DNA of 64,000 bases from an uncultured Actinomycetes bacterium (GTDB taxonomy: Bacteria; Actinomycetota; UBA4738; HRBIN12): positions 2,923 to 66,922 of the forward strand of contig CAZMNP010000074.1 of the NCBI GenBank assembly GCA_964567675.1, read 5' to 3'. Positions 8,694-18,225 of this stretch are shown piece by piece. Both the position numbers and the translations under genes were made by a program. Numbering within the stretch: position 1 is the first letter of the stretch; every line of letters starts with the position of its first letter. The notes under the pieces are model-generated. The model was not told the origin of the DNA. It searched no databases and saw nothing but the letters and a program-made list of their open reading frames with translations.

Positions 8694-9965
8694 ATGGGCG
8701 CACCGTCGACCTCGAACGGCTCACGACCACGCGTCGCCGTCGTGAGCCTGCACACCTCCCCCCTCGATCAACCCGGTTCGGGCGATTCCGGGGGCATGAA
8801 CGTGTTCATCCGCGCGGCCGCCGAGCGGGTGGCGGCGAACGGTGTCGACGTCGACGTGTTCACGCGGTGCCGCGGGCTGGACCTGCCCGAGGTCCAGTCG
8901 CTGGGCGGCCGGTCGAGGCTCATCCAGGTGAAGGCGGGACCGTGCGGCCCCGTCCCCAAGGACGAGCTCCCGCGCTACCTGCCGGAGTTCCTCGGAGGAC
9001 TGCTGCGGCGCCAACGACTCGAGGATGCGGGATACGACCTCGTTCACAGCCACTACTGGCTCTCGGGTTGGGTCGGCAGGAGCGCGAAGGAGATCTGGGG
9101 CGTGCCGCTCGTCGCCTCGTTCCACACTCTGGGCAAGGTCAAGAACTATTCGCTGGCGCTCGGCGAGACCCCGGAACCTCCCGCCCGGCTCTCGGGCGAG
9201 GAACGTGTCATCACCGATGCCGACCGGCTCGTCGCGGCCACTCCGGCGGAGGCCGCCCAACTGGTTGGCCTGTACCGCGCCGACCCCGACCGGATCCGCA
9301 TCATCCCGCCGGGTGTGGACCACGGTCTCTTCTCTCCTCGGTCACGAGATGAGGCCAGGGCGCGCCTGCACCTCGTCGATGTTCGGCTGCTTGTCTTCGT
9401 GGGGAGACTGCAGGCGCACAAGGGGCCCGACCTGGCCGTCCGCGCGCTGGCGGAGGCGATCGCGCGCGATCCCGTGGGCACCGCCGACGTCGTCCTCGCG
9501 ATCGTCGGAGGGCCGAGTGGGAGCGGTCACGGTGTGGAGGTCGCGCGCTTGATGGACCTCGCCGCCGCGCTCGGGATCGGCGAACGCGTGATGCTCTTCC
9601 CGCCGCAGCCCCAATCCAGGCTGGCGGACTTCTACGCCGCCGCCGAGGCGGTCCTGGTGCCGTCGCGCTCGGAGTCCTTCGGGCTGGTGGCTCTGGAAGC
9701 GCAAGCGTGCGGCACGCCCGTCGTCGCTGCTGCGGTCGGCGGCCTTCGATTCGTCATCGAGAACGGCGTGACGGGGTTCCTCGTCGAGGGTCACGACCCC
9801 GCCGATCACGCCGACCGGATCCTGGCCGTGCTCGCCGATCCCGCCGCCGCTGCCCGGATGGGCACCGCGGCGCTCGAGCGTTCCATGCGCTTCTCGTGGG
9901 ACGCCACCGCGAACGAGATGCTCTCCGTGTACCGCGAGCTGTTCGCGACCGCCGTCCCCGCGTGA
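8694..9965 (+). CDS. mshA: D-inositol-3-phosphate glycosyltransferase (mycothiol biosynthesis)
   Basis: A GT4 glycosyltransferase with the MshA-typical N-terminus (VAVVSLHTSPLDQPGSGDSGGMNVF) and a C-terminal EAQACGTPVVAA motif. I chose the ATG at 8694. Confidence 0.8.
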   Translation: MGAPSTSNGSRPRVAVVSLHTSPLDQPGSGDSGGMNVFIRAAAERVAANGVDVDVFTRCRGLDLPEVQSLGGRSRLIQVKAGPCGPVPKDELPRYLPEFLGGLLRRQRLEDAGYDLVHSHYWLSGWVGRSAKEIWGVPLVASFHTLGKVKNYSLALGETPEPPARLSGEERVITDADRLVAATPAEAAQLVGLYRADPDRIRIIPPGVDHGLFSPRSRDEARARLHLVDVRLLVFVGRLQAHKGPDLAVRALAEAIARDPVGTADVVLAIVGGPSGSGHGVEVARLMDLAAALGIGERVMLFPPQPQSRLADFYAAAEAVLVPSRSESFGLVALEAQACGTPVVAAAVGGLRFVIENGVTGFLVEGHDPADHADRILAVLADPAAAARMGTAALERSMRFSWDATANEMLSVYRELFATAVPA

Positions 9966-10405
9966 CGTTTCGAGTGGTGGAACGCTGCGGAGTCGACGAT
10001 CCCAAAACGCCGTTCACGATGAGGTTCTTCATCTGAGGCGCCTCGTGAACGCTGCGCTGCAACGCTCTCGAGCGTTCGATGCGCGTTGTGTTCATCTTCT
10101 TGTCACTCTGAATCCGGTGCCCTCTACCTGCGCATATGTTCGTGACCAGCGCGTTCGTGGAGTTGACCCGACGCCGCGCCGCCGTTACATTTCGCCTCGC
10201 TCCGAGCAGCCGGAGCGGCCGAGTCAGGGAACCGAGTGCGGGACCCCTGGGAAAGCCGTAAGGCCAACTGGGTGCAACTTTGCGGGACGGTTGGGAAAGC
10301 CAACTGGCTGTTCCGTAGGGGTAACTCGGGAGGCCCCAAAGCCCAACGAAAGGGTCTACGGCGAGGAAACCAAGACGGTTGCCAGAGGTTGCTCGGAGCA
10401 CCTGA

Positions 10406-10476
10406 GCCCGAGGGGCTGACGGTGGCTGGAAGCTTCGGCTTCCGGCGAGCCGGAGGTCCCTCGGGTTCTTTTCTTG
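10406..10476 (+). terminator. compound hairpin + U-tract, intrinsic-terminator-like
   Basis: An outer stem (CCCGAGG 10408-10414 with CCTCGGG 10459-10465) encloses a perfect GGAAGC-UUCG-GCUUCC tetraloop hairpin (10428-10443). The run TTCTTTTCTT (10466-10475) follows. The structure sits 40 nt upstream of the TetR start. Confidence 0.4.
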
Positions 10477-10514
10477 CCCTCTTTCTCGTTCCGTCCGGTA
10501 GCGTTCCCGCCGTG

Positions 10515-11168
10515 ATGGCGGCCGGACGCGAACCCCCCCGAGCGCAGAGCCAGACGCCGAGCCGTCGCGAGCAGATCGTCGATGTCGCGATGCGCCACTT
10601 CGCCGAGCACGGGTATCGCGGGACCCGGGTCGAGGACATCGCCGCCGAGGTCGGCGTCGCCAAGGGGACGGTCTTCCTGCACTTCGGCAACAAAGAAGGC
10701 CTGTTCCTCGCGGCGTTCGAACAGGCGGTCGGTCAGATCCCCGCGTGGCTCGACGCCCCCGAGGAGGTCATCGCCCGCGGGTTCTGGGTCGTTCTGGATT
10801 ACTGGCTGGAGCGGACCGAGGAGTTCCTGAAGCAGGAGTGGATCCCGAACCGGGTCGCGATGATGGGTCGCTACGACACCGACCTCGGGCTGCGCCGCCC
10901 GATCGATCGGTTCATGCGGAGGGAAGACCCGTACGGCACCCTCGAGTTCGTGGAGTTCGGGGTGCGGCGAGGCGAGATCCGAGACGACGTGGACGTCGAG
11001 ATGCTCGCTGCGATGCTCGACTGGGTCGCCGAGCGCTTCCAGGACGCGCTCGGCAGCGAGGAGCTCGACCCGGGCCTGGTCCACCGGAAGCCCTTCGTGC
11101 CCGAGCGCCGAGCCATCAGGATCCGGGAGTTCCTGGAGGTCCTCCGGACCGGGATCGCCGCGCGCTGA
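10515..11168 (+). CDS. TetR-family transcriptional regulator
   Basis: An N-terminal HTH is present (REQIVDVAMRHFAEHGYRGTRVEDIAAEVGVAKGTVFLHFGNKEGL). I chose the ATG at 10515. The upstream part of the listed ORF is junk. Confidence 0.8.
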   Translation: MAAGREPPRAQSQTPSRREQIVDVAMRHFAEHGYRGTRVEDIAAEVGVAKGTVFLHFGNKEGLFLAAFEQAVGQIPAWLDAPEEVIARGFWVVLDYWLERTEEFLKQEWIPNRVAMMGRYDTDLGLRRPIDRFMRREDPYGTLEFVEFGVRRGEIRDDVDVEMLAAMLDWVAERFQDALGSEELDPGLVHRKPFVPERRAIRIREFLEVLRTGIAAR

Positions 11169-11250
11169 CTCCCGAGCGAACCGGCCCCGCCACGGCCGGG
11201 GGGTCGCCCCGGACTCGACGCCTCCCCGCGTGGCCTGCCAACATGGCGTC

Positions 11251-12087
11251 ATGAACGAGCGGACGGTGGCGTTCCTGGGCGGCGGACGGATGGGCGAGGC
11301 CCTCGTGTCCGGATTGATCCGTTCGGGGGGTCGAGCGGCGGACGAGATCGTCGTGACGACCCGGCGCGAGGAACGCGCCCGCGAGCTCCAGGAGCGCTAC
11401 GGGATCTCGGCGACCACCTCGAACCCAGAGGCCGCCGGGCGCGCCCAGACCCTCGTGCTGATGGTCAAGCCGCAGGACATGGAGGGGCTCCTGGAGCAGA
11501 TCTCCGGGAGCGTGACCGCCGAGCATCTCGTGATCAGCTTCGCGGCGGGGATCCGGACCTCCTTCGTGGAGAAGCACGTCCCACCCGGCGTCCCGGTCGT
11601 CCGAGTCATGTCGAATGTGGCCGTCCTGGTCGACGAGGCGATGTCGGTGGTGTCGGCCGGCGCGAATGCCGAGGACAAGCACCTCGCCGTCGCCGAGGAG
11701 CTGCTCGGGTACGTCGGCAGGGTCCTCCGGTTGAAGGAAACGCACCTCGACGCCATCACCGCGACGAGCGGGAGCGGGCCGGCCTACTTCTTCCTCCTCG
11801 CCGAAGCCATGATCGAGGCGTGCATCCTGCTCGGGCTCGCGCGCGACGTCGCGACCGAGCTGATCATCCAGACGATGCTCGGCTCGGCGAAGATGCTGCG
11901 CGATACCGGGAAGCACCCGGTCGAGTTGCGCGAGATGGTCACCTCGCCCGGGGGGACGACCATCGCGGCGATCCGTCACCTGGAGGAGGCGGGCGTTCGG
12001 GCGGCCTTCCTGAACGCCATCGACGCGGCTCGTCACCGGAGCGCCGAGCTCGCGCAGGGTGGCGACGAAGACGAAGGGCTCAAGTAG
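11251..12087 (+). CDS. proC: pyrroline-5-carboxylate reductase
   Basis: The protein has a Rossmann N-terminus (VAFLGGGRMGEALVSGL) and the ProC C-terminal domain (SPGGTTIAAIRHLEEAGVRAA). Confidence 0.85.
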   Translation: MNERTVAFLGGGRMGEALVSGLIRSGGRAADEIVVTTRREERARELQERYGISATTSNPEAAGRAQTLVLMVKPQDMEGLLEQISGSVTAEHLVISFAAGIRTSFVEKHVPPGVPVVRVMSNVAVLVDEAMSVVSAGANAEDKHLAVAEELLGYVGRVLRLKETHLDAITATSGSGPAYFFLLAEAMIEACILLGLARDVATELIIQTMLGSAKMLRDTGKHPVELREMVTSPGGTTIAAIRHLEEAGVRAAFLNAIDAARHRSAELAQGGDEDEGLK

Positions 12088-12175
12088 CGAAGCGGTAGCC
12101 AAAGTAGGAAGGGCTCAAGTAGCGAAGCAGAAGCCAAGGCAAGTAGGCGAACGAGCAAGAGGAAAGAGGACGCTG

Positions 12176-12298
12176 ATGGGAAGAGGCGATCGAGCTCGGG
12201 TGCGATGGGCGCACGACCGCGAGAGGAAGAAGAAGGCGGCGGAGAAGCGCAAGGCCGCCGAGGCCGGCAGGGCCCGGAAGGCAGCCGGGAAGCGCTAG
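12176..12298 (+). CDS. small (40 aa) highly basic protein, uncharacterised
   Basis: The protein reads MGRGDRARVRWAHDRERKKKAAEKRKAAEAGRARKAAGKR. A GGAAAGAGGA RBS lies 5-14 nt upstream of the ATG. A purine-rich repeated motif precedes it. The same frame is open from the GTG at 12059, which overlaps the proC 3' end. Confidence 0.3.
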   Translation: MGRGDRARVRWAHDRERKKKAAEKRKAAEAGRARKAAGKR

Positions 12299-12321
12299 CT
12301 CCCGAGGGACCGACGGGCCAG

Positions 12322-13104
12322 TCAGCGCAGCCGGCCGAGCCGGTTGCGAAGCACGCCGATCCCCTCGGCTTCGATCTCGACCTCGGCGCCGGGCCAAAGT
12401 CGGTGCTGGAAGCCGGGGATGTCGAACGGCGCGGAGGCGAACGCCTCGCCGGACGCGAGTGCTTCCCCACGCGAGGCGGTGGCGACCTCCTTCAGCAGGC
12501 TCCGCGCGATCCCGTTCAGATTCCCCTTCACCCACTCCTGGCCGTCGACGCGAACGGTGACGAACGCGGCCTGCGGGTCGAGCTCGTCCGGTGTGACGAC
12601 AACCGGGCCGATCGAGACCGGCACGCCCGCCGGCGTCGGCATCGGGCTTCCGGTCGCCCGGAAGGCGAGCCAGTCCCCGACCAGCGTGTAGCCGAGGACC
12701 ACCGACGGGATCTCGTCCTCGGAGAGCGGGCCCCGGACACCTCGGCGAAGTACGGCGGCGATCTTCGGCTGGAACTCGAGCCAACCGGCGCCCGCCGGCC
12801 AGGGGATCTCGTCCTCGGGTCCGAAGACCGGTCGCGCGCCCTCGGACGCGTCGGCGGAGCGCAGCGAGGTCGGAAGGATCGGCGCGAGCAGGCGTGGGTC
12901 ATCGACGACGCAGGCCTCTGCCTCGTCGCGCTCGAGGGCGGCCCGGGCGGCGTCGAGCACCGTGCCCCCGTTGCCCTTGACCAAGTGCTCCATCGTCGAG
13001 GGGAAGGCGGGGTGACCGACGAGATCCGGCAGGTCCACGACCTTCCCGTCGAGGAGCGCTCCCAGTCGCCGGTGCCCCCTCCGGTCGAAGGTCACGAGCC
13101 TCAA
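12322..13104 (-). CDS. fumarylacetoacetate-hydrolase (FAH) family protein
   Basis: The FAH fold is recognisable (..VLGYTLVGDWLAFR.. acidic metal-binding residues). Confidence 0.75.
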   Translation of the reverse strand: MRLVTFDRRGHRRLGALLDGKVVDLPDLVGHPAFPSTMEHLVKGNGGTVLDAARAALERDEAEACVVDDPRLLAPILPTSLRSADASEGARPVFGPEDEIPWPAGAGWLEFQPKIAAVLRRGVRGPLSEDEIPSVVLGYTLVGDWLAFRATGSPMPTPAGVPVSIGPVVVTPDELDPQAAFVTVRVDGQEWVKGNLNGIARSLLKEVATASRGEALASGEAFASAPFDIPGFQHRLWPGAEVEIEAEGIGVLRNRLGRLR

Positions 13105-13260
13105 GGGAGGCCGATGGTACGCCCGCCGGAGCGGTGATTCCAGGCTATCCGGCGGTCAGGCGCGCCGCGGCGCCCATTTGGGGGGCTCCGTTCGCGGCGG
13201 CTACGATGGAAGCGCGCACGGCCCGGTTCTCCAGGGTTCGGCACTCACAGGAGGCACCTG

Positions 13261-14826
13261 ATGGCAGAGCAAGGATTCCGCATCACCTACGCAACCATGT
13301 CGGCCGACAACGAGGACCTGCACAAGGGCTACGAGGAAGGCATCGAGGTCGCCAAGTCCTGGCTCGGCCAGAAGCATCCGCTCTACGTGAACGGCGAAGC
13401 GAGGTGGGGTTCTGGGACGAAGGAGGCGCGTTCACCGATCGACGGCACCCCGATCGGCGAGTTCGCTCAGGGAACTCGCGAAGACGTCCGCGATGCCGTC
13501 GCCGCCGCCAAAGCCGCCTTCCCCGAGTGGGCGAACCGTCCCTGGCAGGAGCGCGTGGCGATCATCCGCAAGGCCGCCGACCTCATGAGCGAGCAGCGCA
13601 ACGAGCTGTCGGCGCTCATGGCGATGGAGGTCGGGAAGAACCGGCTCGAGGCGCTCGGGGACGTGGAGGAATCCGCCGACCTGCTGCGGTGGAACGCCGA
13701 CCAGCTGGAGAAGAACAACGGGTTCCAGACGCCGATGCAGGCCATGGGCGCGCCGGGCGAGTACTACGACGTCCTGCGCCCGTATGGGATCTGGGCGGTG
13801 ATCAGCCCGTTCAACTTCCCCATGGCGCTCGCGGCCGGCCCGTCCTCGGCCGCGCTCGTTGCCGGCAACACGGTGGTCTTCAAGCCGGCGCACATGGGCG
13901 TGTTCACCGGATCGAAGCTGTATGAGATCTACATGGCCGCCGGGGTCCCCAAGGGCGTATTCCACTACCTCAGCGGTCCCGGCAGCGTCATCGGCGACGA
14001 GATCGTGAACCACCCCGACGTCGACGGCATCACGTTCACCGGCTCGTACGAGGTCGGCATGGGGATCTACAAGAACTTCGCGAAGGACTTCCCTAAGCCG
14101 GCGATCTGCGAGATGGGCGGTAAGAACCCGGCGATCGTTTCGGACAAGGCCGACCTGGACAAGGCGACCGACGGAGTGATGCGATCGGCGTTCGGGTTCG
14201 GCGGACAGAAGTGCTCGGCGAACTCCCGCGTCTATGTGCACCGTTCCGTCTACGACGAGTTCGTCCGCCTGTTGAAGGAGAAGACCGAGAAGGTCCAGGT
14301 GGGCAACCCGCTCGAGCGGGAGAAGTGGCTGGGACCGGTTATCGACGAGAACGCCGTCGCGACGTTCGAGCGCGCCGCCGACGAGGCGAAGAAGAACGGC
14401 ACGATCGTCACGGGCGGCGAGCGGCTCACCGAGGGCGAGTTCGGCAACGGCACGTTCGTCCAGCCAACCGTCGCCGAGGTCCCGCTCGACTCGTGGATCT
14501 GGAAGGAGGAGCTGTTCGTCCCGTTCGTGGCCGTGGCTCCCTACGACGACCTGAACGAGGCGATCCGCCTGTCCAACGAGACCGAGTACGGCCTGACCGC
14601 CGGCCTGTACAGCGAGGACCGAGCCGAGATCGACAAGTGGCTGGCCTCGATCGAGGCGGGCGTCGTGTACGTCAACCGTCGCGCCGGAGCGACCACGGGC
14701 GCGTGGCCGGGCGTGCAGCCGTTCGGCGGCTGGAAGGGTTCGGGAACCAGCGGCAAGGCCGGCGGTGGCCCCTACTACCTCCAGCAATATCTCCGGGAGC
14801 AGTCCCGGACGGTGATCGAGGAGTGA
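13261..14826 (+). CDS. aldehyde dehydrogenase, L-glutamate-gamma-semialdehyde (P5C) dehydrogenase type
   Basis: The ALDH catalytic motifs are present (EMGGKNPAIV, FGFGGQKCSANSR). The 521-aa length fits the RocA/PruA type. Confidence 0.75.
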   Translation: MAEQGFRITYATMSADNEDLHKGYEEGIEVAKSWLGQKHPLYVNGEARWGSGTKEARSPIDGTPIGEFAQGTREDVRDAVAAAKAAFPEWANRPWQERVAIIRKAADLMSEQRNELSALMAMEVGKNRLEALGDVEESADLLRWNADQLEKNNGFQTPMQAMGAPGEYYDVLRPYGIWAVISPFNFPMALAAGPSSAALVAGNTVVFKPAHMGVFTGSKLYEIYMAAGVPKGVFHYLSGPGSVIGDEIVNHPDVDGITFTGSYEVGMGIYKNFAKDFPKPAICEMGGKNPAIVSDKADLDKATDGVMRSAFGFGGQKCSANSRVYVHRSVYDEFVRLLKEKTEKVQVGNPLEREKWLGPVIDENAVATFERAADEAKKNGTIVTGGERLTEGEFGNGTFVQPTVAEVPLDSWIWKEELFVPFVAVAPYDDLNEAIRLSNETEYGLTAGLYSEDRAEIDKWLASIEAGVVYVNRRAGATTGAWPGVQPFGGWKGSGTSGKAGGGPYYLQQYLREQSRTVIEE

Positions 14827-16106
14827 GCACGACGGAGATCACCGACCTCGCGAACGCGCAGGCCCCGCGGCTGCTCACCGAGGTCCCGGGCCCCGAGGCC
14901 CTCGCGCGGATCGAGCGCGACCGCAAGGTCACGAGTCCGTCACTACCACGCGCGTATCCTCTCGTGCCGAAGCGCGGGGCGGGATCGGTGGTCGAGGACG
15001 TCGACGGGAACCTGTTCCTCGACGTGAACGCCGGGATCGCGGTGACCTCGACGGGGCACTCGCATCCCGAGGTCGTCCAGGCGATCCGCCGGCAGGCCGA
15101 GGACCTGCTCCACTACTCGGCCAGCGACTTCTACCTCCCGATCTACTCCGACGTCTGCGAGGAGCTCGACCGGATCGCGCCCTTCTCCAAGCCCGCGCGG
15201 AGCTTCTTGACCAACTCGGGGACCGAAGCGGTCGAGGGCGCGATCAAGCTGGCACGCTTCGCGACCGGACGGCAGTACGTCATCGCGATGCTCGAGTCGT
15301 TCCACGGCCGCTCGTACGGGTCGGTCTCGCTGACCGCGAGCAAGGCGAAGTACCGCACCGGCTTCGGTCCGCTGCTGCCGGGGATCCACCACACGCGATT
15401 CGGGGACTTCGAGCACCTGGAGCAGGTGCTCTTCAAGCGGCTGGTCTCTCCGAGCGAGGTCGCGGCGATCGTCGTCGAGCCGATCCAGGGTGAGGGCGGC
15501 TACGTGCTTCCCCCCGACGGCTGGTTCGCGTACCTCCGCGAGCTGTGTGACCGGCACGGGATCCTGCTCGTCGCCGACGAGGTGCAGAGCGGCATGGGAC
15601 GGACCGGGAAGATGTGGGCGATCGAGCACTTCGGCGCCGAACCGGACATCGTCCTTGCCGGCAAGGGCATCGCGAGCGGGATGCCGCTCGGGGCGATGAT
15701 CGCTCGAGAGGACCTCATGACCTGGGAGGTCGGCGCCCACGGCTCGACGTACGGCGGGAACCCGGTCGCGTGCGCCGCGGCGCTCGCGTCGCTTCGGCTG
15801 ATCGAGGGCGGCCTGATGGACAACGCTCGCGAGATGGGAGACCTCCTCATGCAGGGGCTCCGCCGGATCGCCGAGCGTCACCCTGCGATCCGCGACGTCC
15901 GCGGGCTCGGACTGATGATCGGGATCCAGTTCCCCGACCACGATGTCATGAGCGCGGTCGAGCAGGCCGCCTTCCACAAGGGTCTGCTCGTCCTCGGATG
16001 CGGCGACGACGTGATCCGGATGTCGCCGCCGCTCGTGATCCGTCGCGACCAGGTCGATACGGCGCTCGAGGTGTTCGAGGAGGCCGTCGCCGAGGTCTCG
16101 TCGTAG
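14823..16106 (+). CDS. class-III aminotransferase (4-aminobutyrate / omega-amino-acid type)
   Basis: The protein has a PLP fold and the lysine region (DEVQSGMGRTGKMWAIEHFG). Its GTG start overlaps the upstream stop (GTGA), which suggests translational coupling. Confidence 0.8.
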   Translation: MSTTEITDLANAQAPRLLTEVPGPEALARIERDRKVTSPSLPRAYPLVPKRGAGSVVEDVDGNLFLDVNAGIAVTSTGHSHPEVVQAIRRQAEDLLHYSASDFYLPIYSDVCEELDRIAPFSKPARSFLTNSGTEAVEGAIKLARFATGRQYVIAMLESFHGRSYGSVSLTASKAKYRTGFGPLLPGIHHTRFGDFEHLEQVLFKRLVSPSEVAAIVVEPIQGEGGYVLPPDGWFAYLRELCDRHGILLVADEVQSGMGRTGKMWAIEHFGAEPDIVLAGKGIASGMPLGAMIAREDLMTWEVGAHGSTYGGNPVACAAALASLRLIEGGLMDNAREMGDLLMQGLRRIAERHPAIRDVRGLGLMIGIQFPDHDVMSAVEQAAFHKGLLVLGCGDDVIRMSPPLVIRRDQVDTALEVFEEAVAEVSS

Positions 16107-16113
16107 GGCGCCG

Positions 16114-16503
16114 ATGACGTCGGTCCTGGACACCCTCACGTTCGACTGCGCCGACCCAGTGCGGCTTGCCGACTTCTGGGCGGCGTCGCTCGGCTGGGAG
16201 GTCGGTGACGTCGACGACGAGGACGCGTTCGTGTCGCCGGCCGGGACGCCGGACAACACGCCGTGGCAGGGACTGCTCTTCCAGAAGGTCCCCGAAGGCA
16301 AGGTCGTGAAGAACCGCCTGCATCTCGACCTGCGGCCGGAGGACTCGATGGCCGCCGAGGTCGAGCGCTCGGTGGCGCTCGGGGCGACGGTCCACGCGCG
16401 CGTGGACGTCGAGGGCAGCTTCTGGACGGTCATGCTCGACCCCGAGGGCAACGAGTTCTGCATCCTGCGCGGCCCGCAGGATGGTTGGTCGCGCGAGGTG
16501 TGA
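16114..16503 (+). CDS. VOC / glyoxalase-family protein
   Basis: A 129-aa protein with a VOC-like fold pattern (LTFDCADPVRLADFWAASLGWEV..). Confidence 0.65.
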   Translation: MTSVLDTLTFDCADPVRLADFWAASLGWEVGDVDDEDAFVSPAGTPDNTPWQGLLFQKVPEGKVVKNRLHLDLRPEDSMAAEVERSVALGATVHARVDVEGSFWTVMLDPEGNEFCILRGPQDGWSREV

Positions 16504-16510
16504 GGGTATC

Positions 16511-17425
16511 GTGAGTAAGCTCGCGACGATGCGCGATGCCGTCGCCGAGCTGGTTCGCGACGGCGACACGGTCGCGATCGAGGGCTTCACCCATCTGATC
16601 TGCTTCGCGGCCGGGCACGAGATCGTCCGCCAGCGCAAACGAGACCTGACCCTCGCCCGGCTGACGCCCGACGTGATTTACGACCAGATGATCGGTGCCG
16701 GCGTCGCGCGCAAGCTGATCTTCTCGTGGCTGGGCAACCCCGGTGTCGGCTCCCTGCATGCCGTCCGTCGTCGGATCGAGAAGGCCAACCCCGAACCGCT
16801 CGAGATCGAGGAGTATTCGCACTTCGGGATGGTGTGCCGGTACGTCGCCGGGGCGTCGAACCTCCCGTTCTTCCCGATCCGCTCGTACTACGAGAGCGAC
16901 ATCCCGAAGGTCAACCCGAACATCAAACCGATGCGCTCGCCGTACGACGACGGCGACGAGGTCTACGTCGTTCCCCCGCTCACGCCGGACGTCACGATCG
17001 TGCACGCGCAGCGCGCGACCGCGAGCGGCGATACGCAGATCTGGGGTCTCCTCGGCTGTCAGAAGGAGGCGGCCTTCGCCGCGGAGCGTGTGATCGTCGT
17101 CTGCGAGGAGGTCGTGGAGGAATCGGTCGTCCGCCGCGATCCCAACCGGACCGCGATCCCCGGGATCGTCGTCGACGCGGTCGTGGAGCAGCCGTTCGCG
17201 TGCCATCCGAGCTACGCGCAGGGCTACTACGACCGGGACAACGCCTTCTATCGCGAGTGGGAGCAGATCTCGAAGGACCCTGAGGTGCTCGAGCGGTGGC
17301 TCGAGGAATGGGTCTACGGCCTGGAGACCCACGCGGACTACGTCGAGAAGATGGGCGACCGGTGGGAGTCGTTGAAGCCGGGGGAGCAGCGTTCGGGCGA
17401 GGTCAACTACGGGGACTACTCGTGA
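16511..17425 (+). CDS. CoA-transferase subunit A (glutaconate/3-oxoacid CoA-transferase family)
   Basis: The family I CoA-transferase alpha subunit pattern is present (VAIEGFTHLICFAAGHEIVRQ). I chose the GTG at 16511, the first start after the upstream stop. Confidence 0.75.
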   Translation: MSKLATMRDAVAELVRDGDTVAIEGFTHLICFAAGHEIVRQRKRDLTLARLTPDVIYDQMIGAGVARKLIFSWLGNPGVGSLHAVRRRIEKANPEPLEIEEYSHFGMVCRYVAGASNLPFFPIRSYYESDIPKVNPNIKPMRSPYDDGDEVYVVPPLTPDVTIVHAQRATASGDTQIWGLLGCQKEAAFAAERVIVVCEEVVEESVVRRDPNRTAIPGIVVDAVVEQPFACHPSYAQGYYDRDNAFYREWEQISKDPEVLERWLEEWVYGLETHADYVEKMGDRWESLKPGEQRSGEVNYGDYS

Positions 17426-18225
17426 ACGGCTCAAGGAGCCAAGCGATAGCCGGCGCCGAACGGAACGGCTACACGAAGAACGAGATCATGATCGTCGCGA
17501 GCGCGCGCACCCTCGCCGCCGAACGCATCTGCTTCGTCGGGGTCGGCCTTCCGAACATCGTCTGCAACCTCGCGCAGCGAACGGTCGCGCCCGAGCTTCA
17601 GCTCGTGTACGAGGCCGGCGTGTTCGGCGCCCGGCCGAGCCGACTCCCGCTCTCGATCGGCGACCCCACGCTCGTCTCGGGTTCGACGGCGGTGACCTCG
17701 ATGTTCGAGCTGTTCGCCTTCTACCTGCAGGCCGGACTCATCGACGCAGCGTTCCTCGGCGGCGCGCAGATCGACCGGTTCGGGAACCTCAACACCACGG
17801 TGATCGGCGACTACGCCAGCCCGAAGGTCCGGCTCCCCGGCTCGGGCGGCGCGTGCGAGATCGCGATCCACGCGCGGCGGATCCTCGTCATCATGCGCCA
17901 GGCCCGGCGGTCCTTCGTCGACGAGCTCGACTTCCGCACGTCGCCCGGACACTCGGGTGATCCCGTGCACGACCGGGCGCGTGGCTGGTCCGGCAGCGGA
18001 CCGACCAGTGTCGTCACGGATCTGGGGACGTACGGGTTCGACGAGCGGACCGGGGAGATGACGCTGCTGACCTTGCACGCCGGCGTCACGCTGGACGACG
18101 TGCGCACGAACATGGCGTGGGAGCCGAAGGTCACGGACGACCTCGGCGAGACCCCGCCGCCCACCGAGGAAGAGCTGCGCTTGCTCCGGACCGAGCTCGA
18201 TCCCGACGGGGTGCTGACGGCATGA
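17422..18225 (+). CDS. CoA-transferase subunit B
   Basis: The beta-subunit glutamate region is present (RLPGSGGACEIA). The GTG start overlaps the subunit-A stop. An internal ATG near 17486 is an alternative start. Confidence 0.7.
   Translation: MNGSRSQAIAGAERNGYTKNEIMIVASARTLAAERICFVGVGLPNIVCNLAQRTVAPELQLVYEAGVFGARPSRLPLSIGDPTLVSGSTAVTSMFELFAFYLQAGLIDAAFLGGAQIDRFGNLNTTVIGDYASPKVRLPGSGGACEIAIHARRILVIMRQARRSFVDELDFRTSPGHSGDPVHDRARGWSGSGPTSVVTDLGTYGFDERTGEMTLLTLHAGVTLDDVRTNMAWEPKVTDDLGETPPPTEEELRLLRTELDPDGVLTA

Noticed and set aside
6770-8755. 661-aa minus-strand ORF (and the nested 7585..8730 ORF) antisense to the HD-GYP and asparaginase-family genes
   Set aside because: It has an Arg/Pro/Gly-rich low-complexity translation typical of antisense frames in 70%-GC DNA, and it fully overlaps two well-supported plus-strand genes.
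9966-10514. RNase P RNA, tmRNA, SRP RNA, cobalamin or TPP riboswitch in the long intergenic region
   Set aside because: By eye I could not find the conserved blocks (GGAAAGUCC, the tRNA-like 3' end, GGAAGGAAGCAGCCA, the B12 box GCCACUG, CUGAGA). It is kept only as a generic candidate ncRNA.
10356-11252. 298-aa minus-strand ORF overlapping the TetR gene
   Set aside because: The TetR frame has a clear HTH. The antisense frame is low-complexity.
12059-12175. Longer (79-aa) version of the small basic ORF starting at the GTG inside proC
   Set aside because: It overlaps the proC 3' end by 29 nt and is encoded largely by the repeat block with rare codons. I cannot exclude it, but the ATG at 12176 with the strong RBS is the better-supported start.
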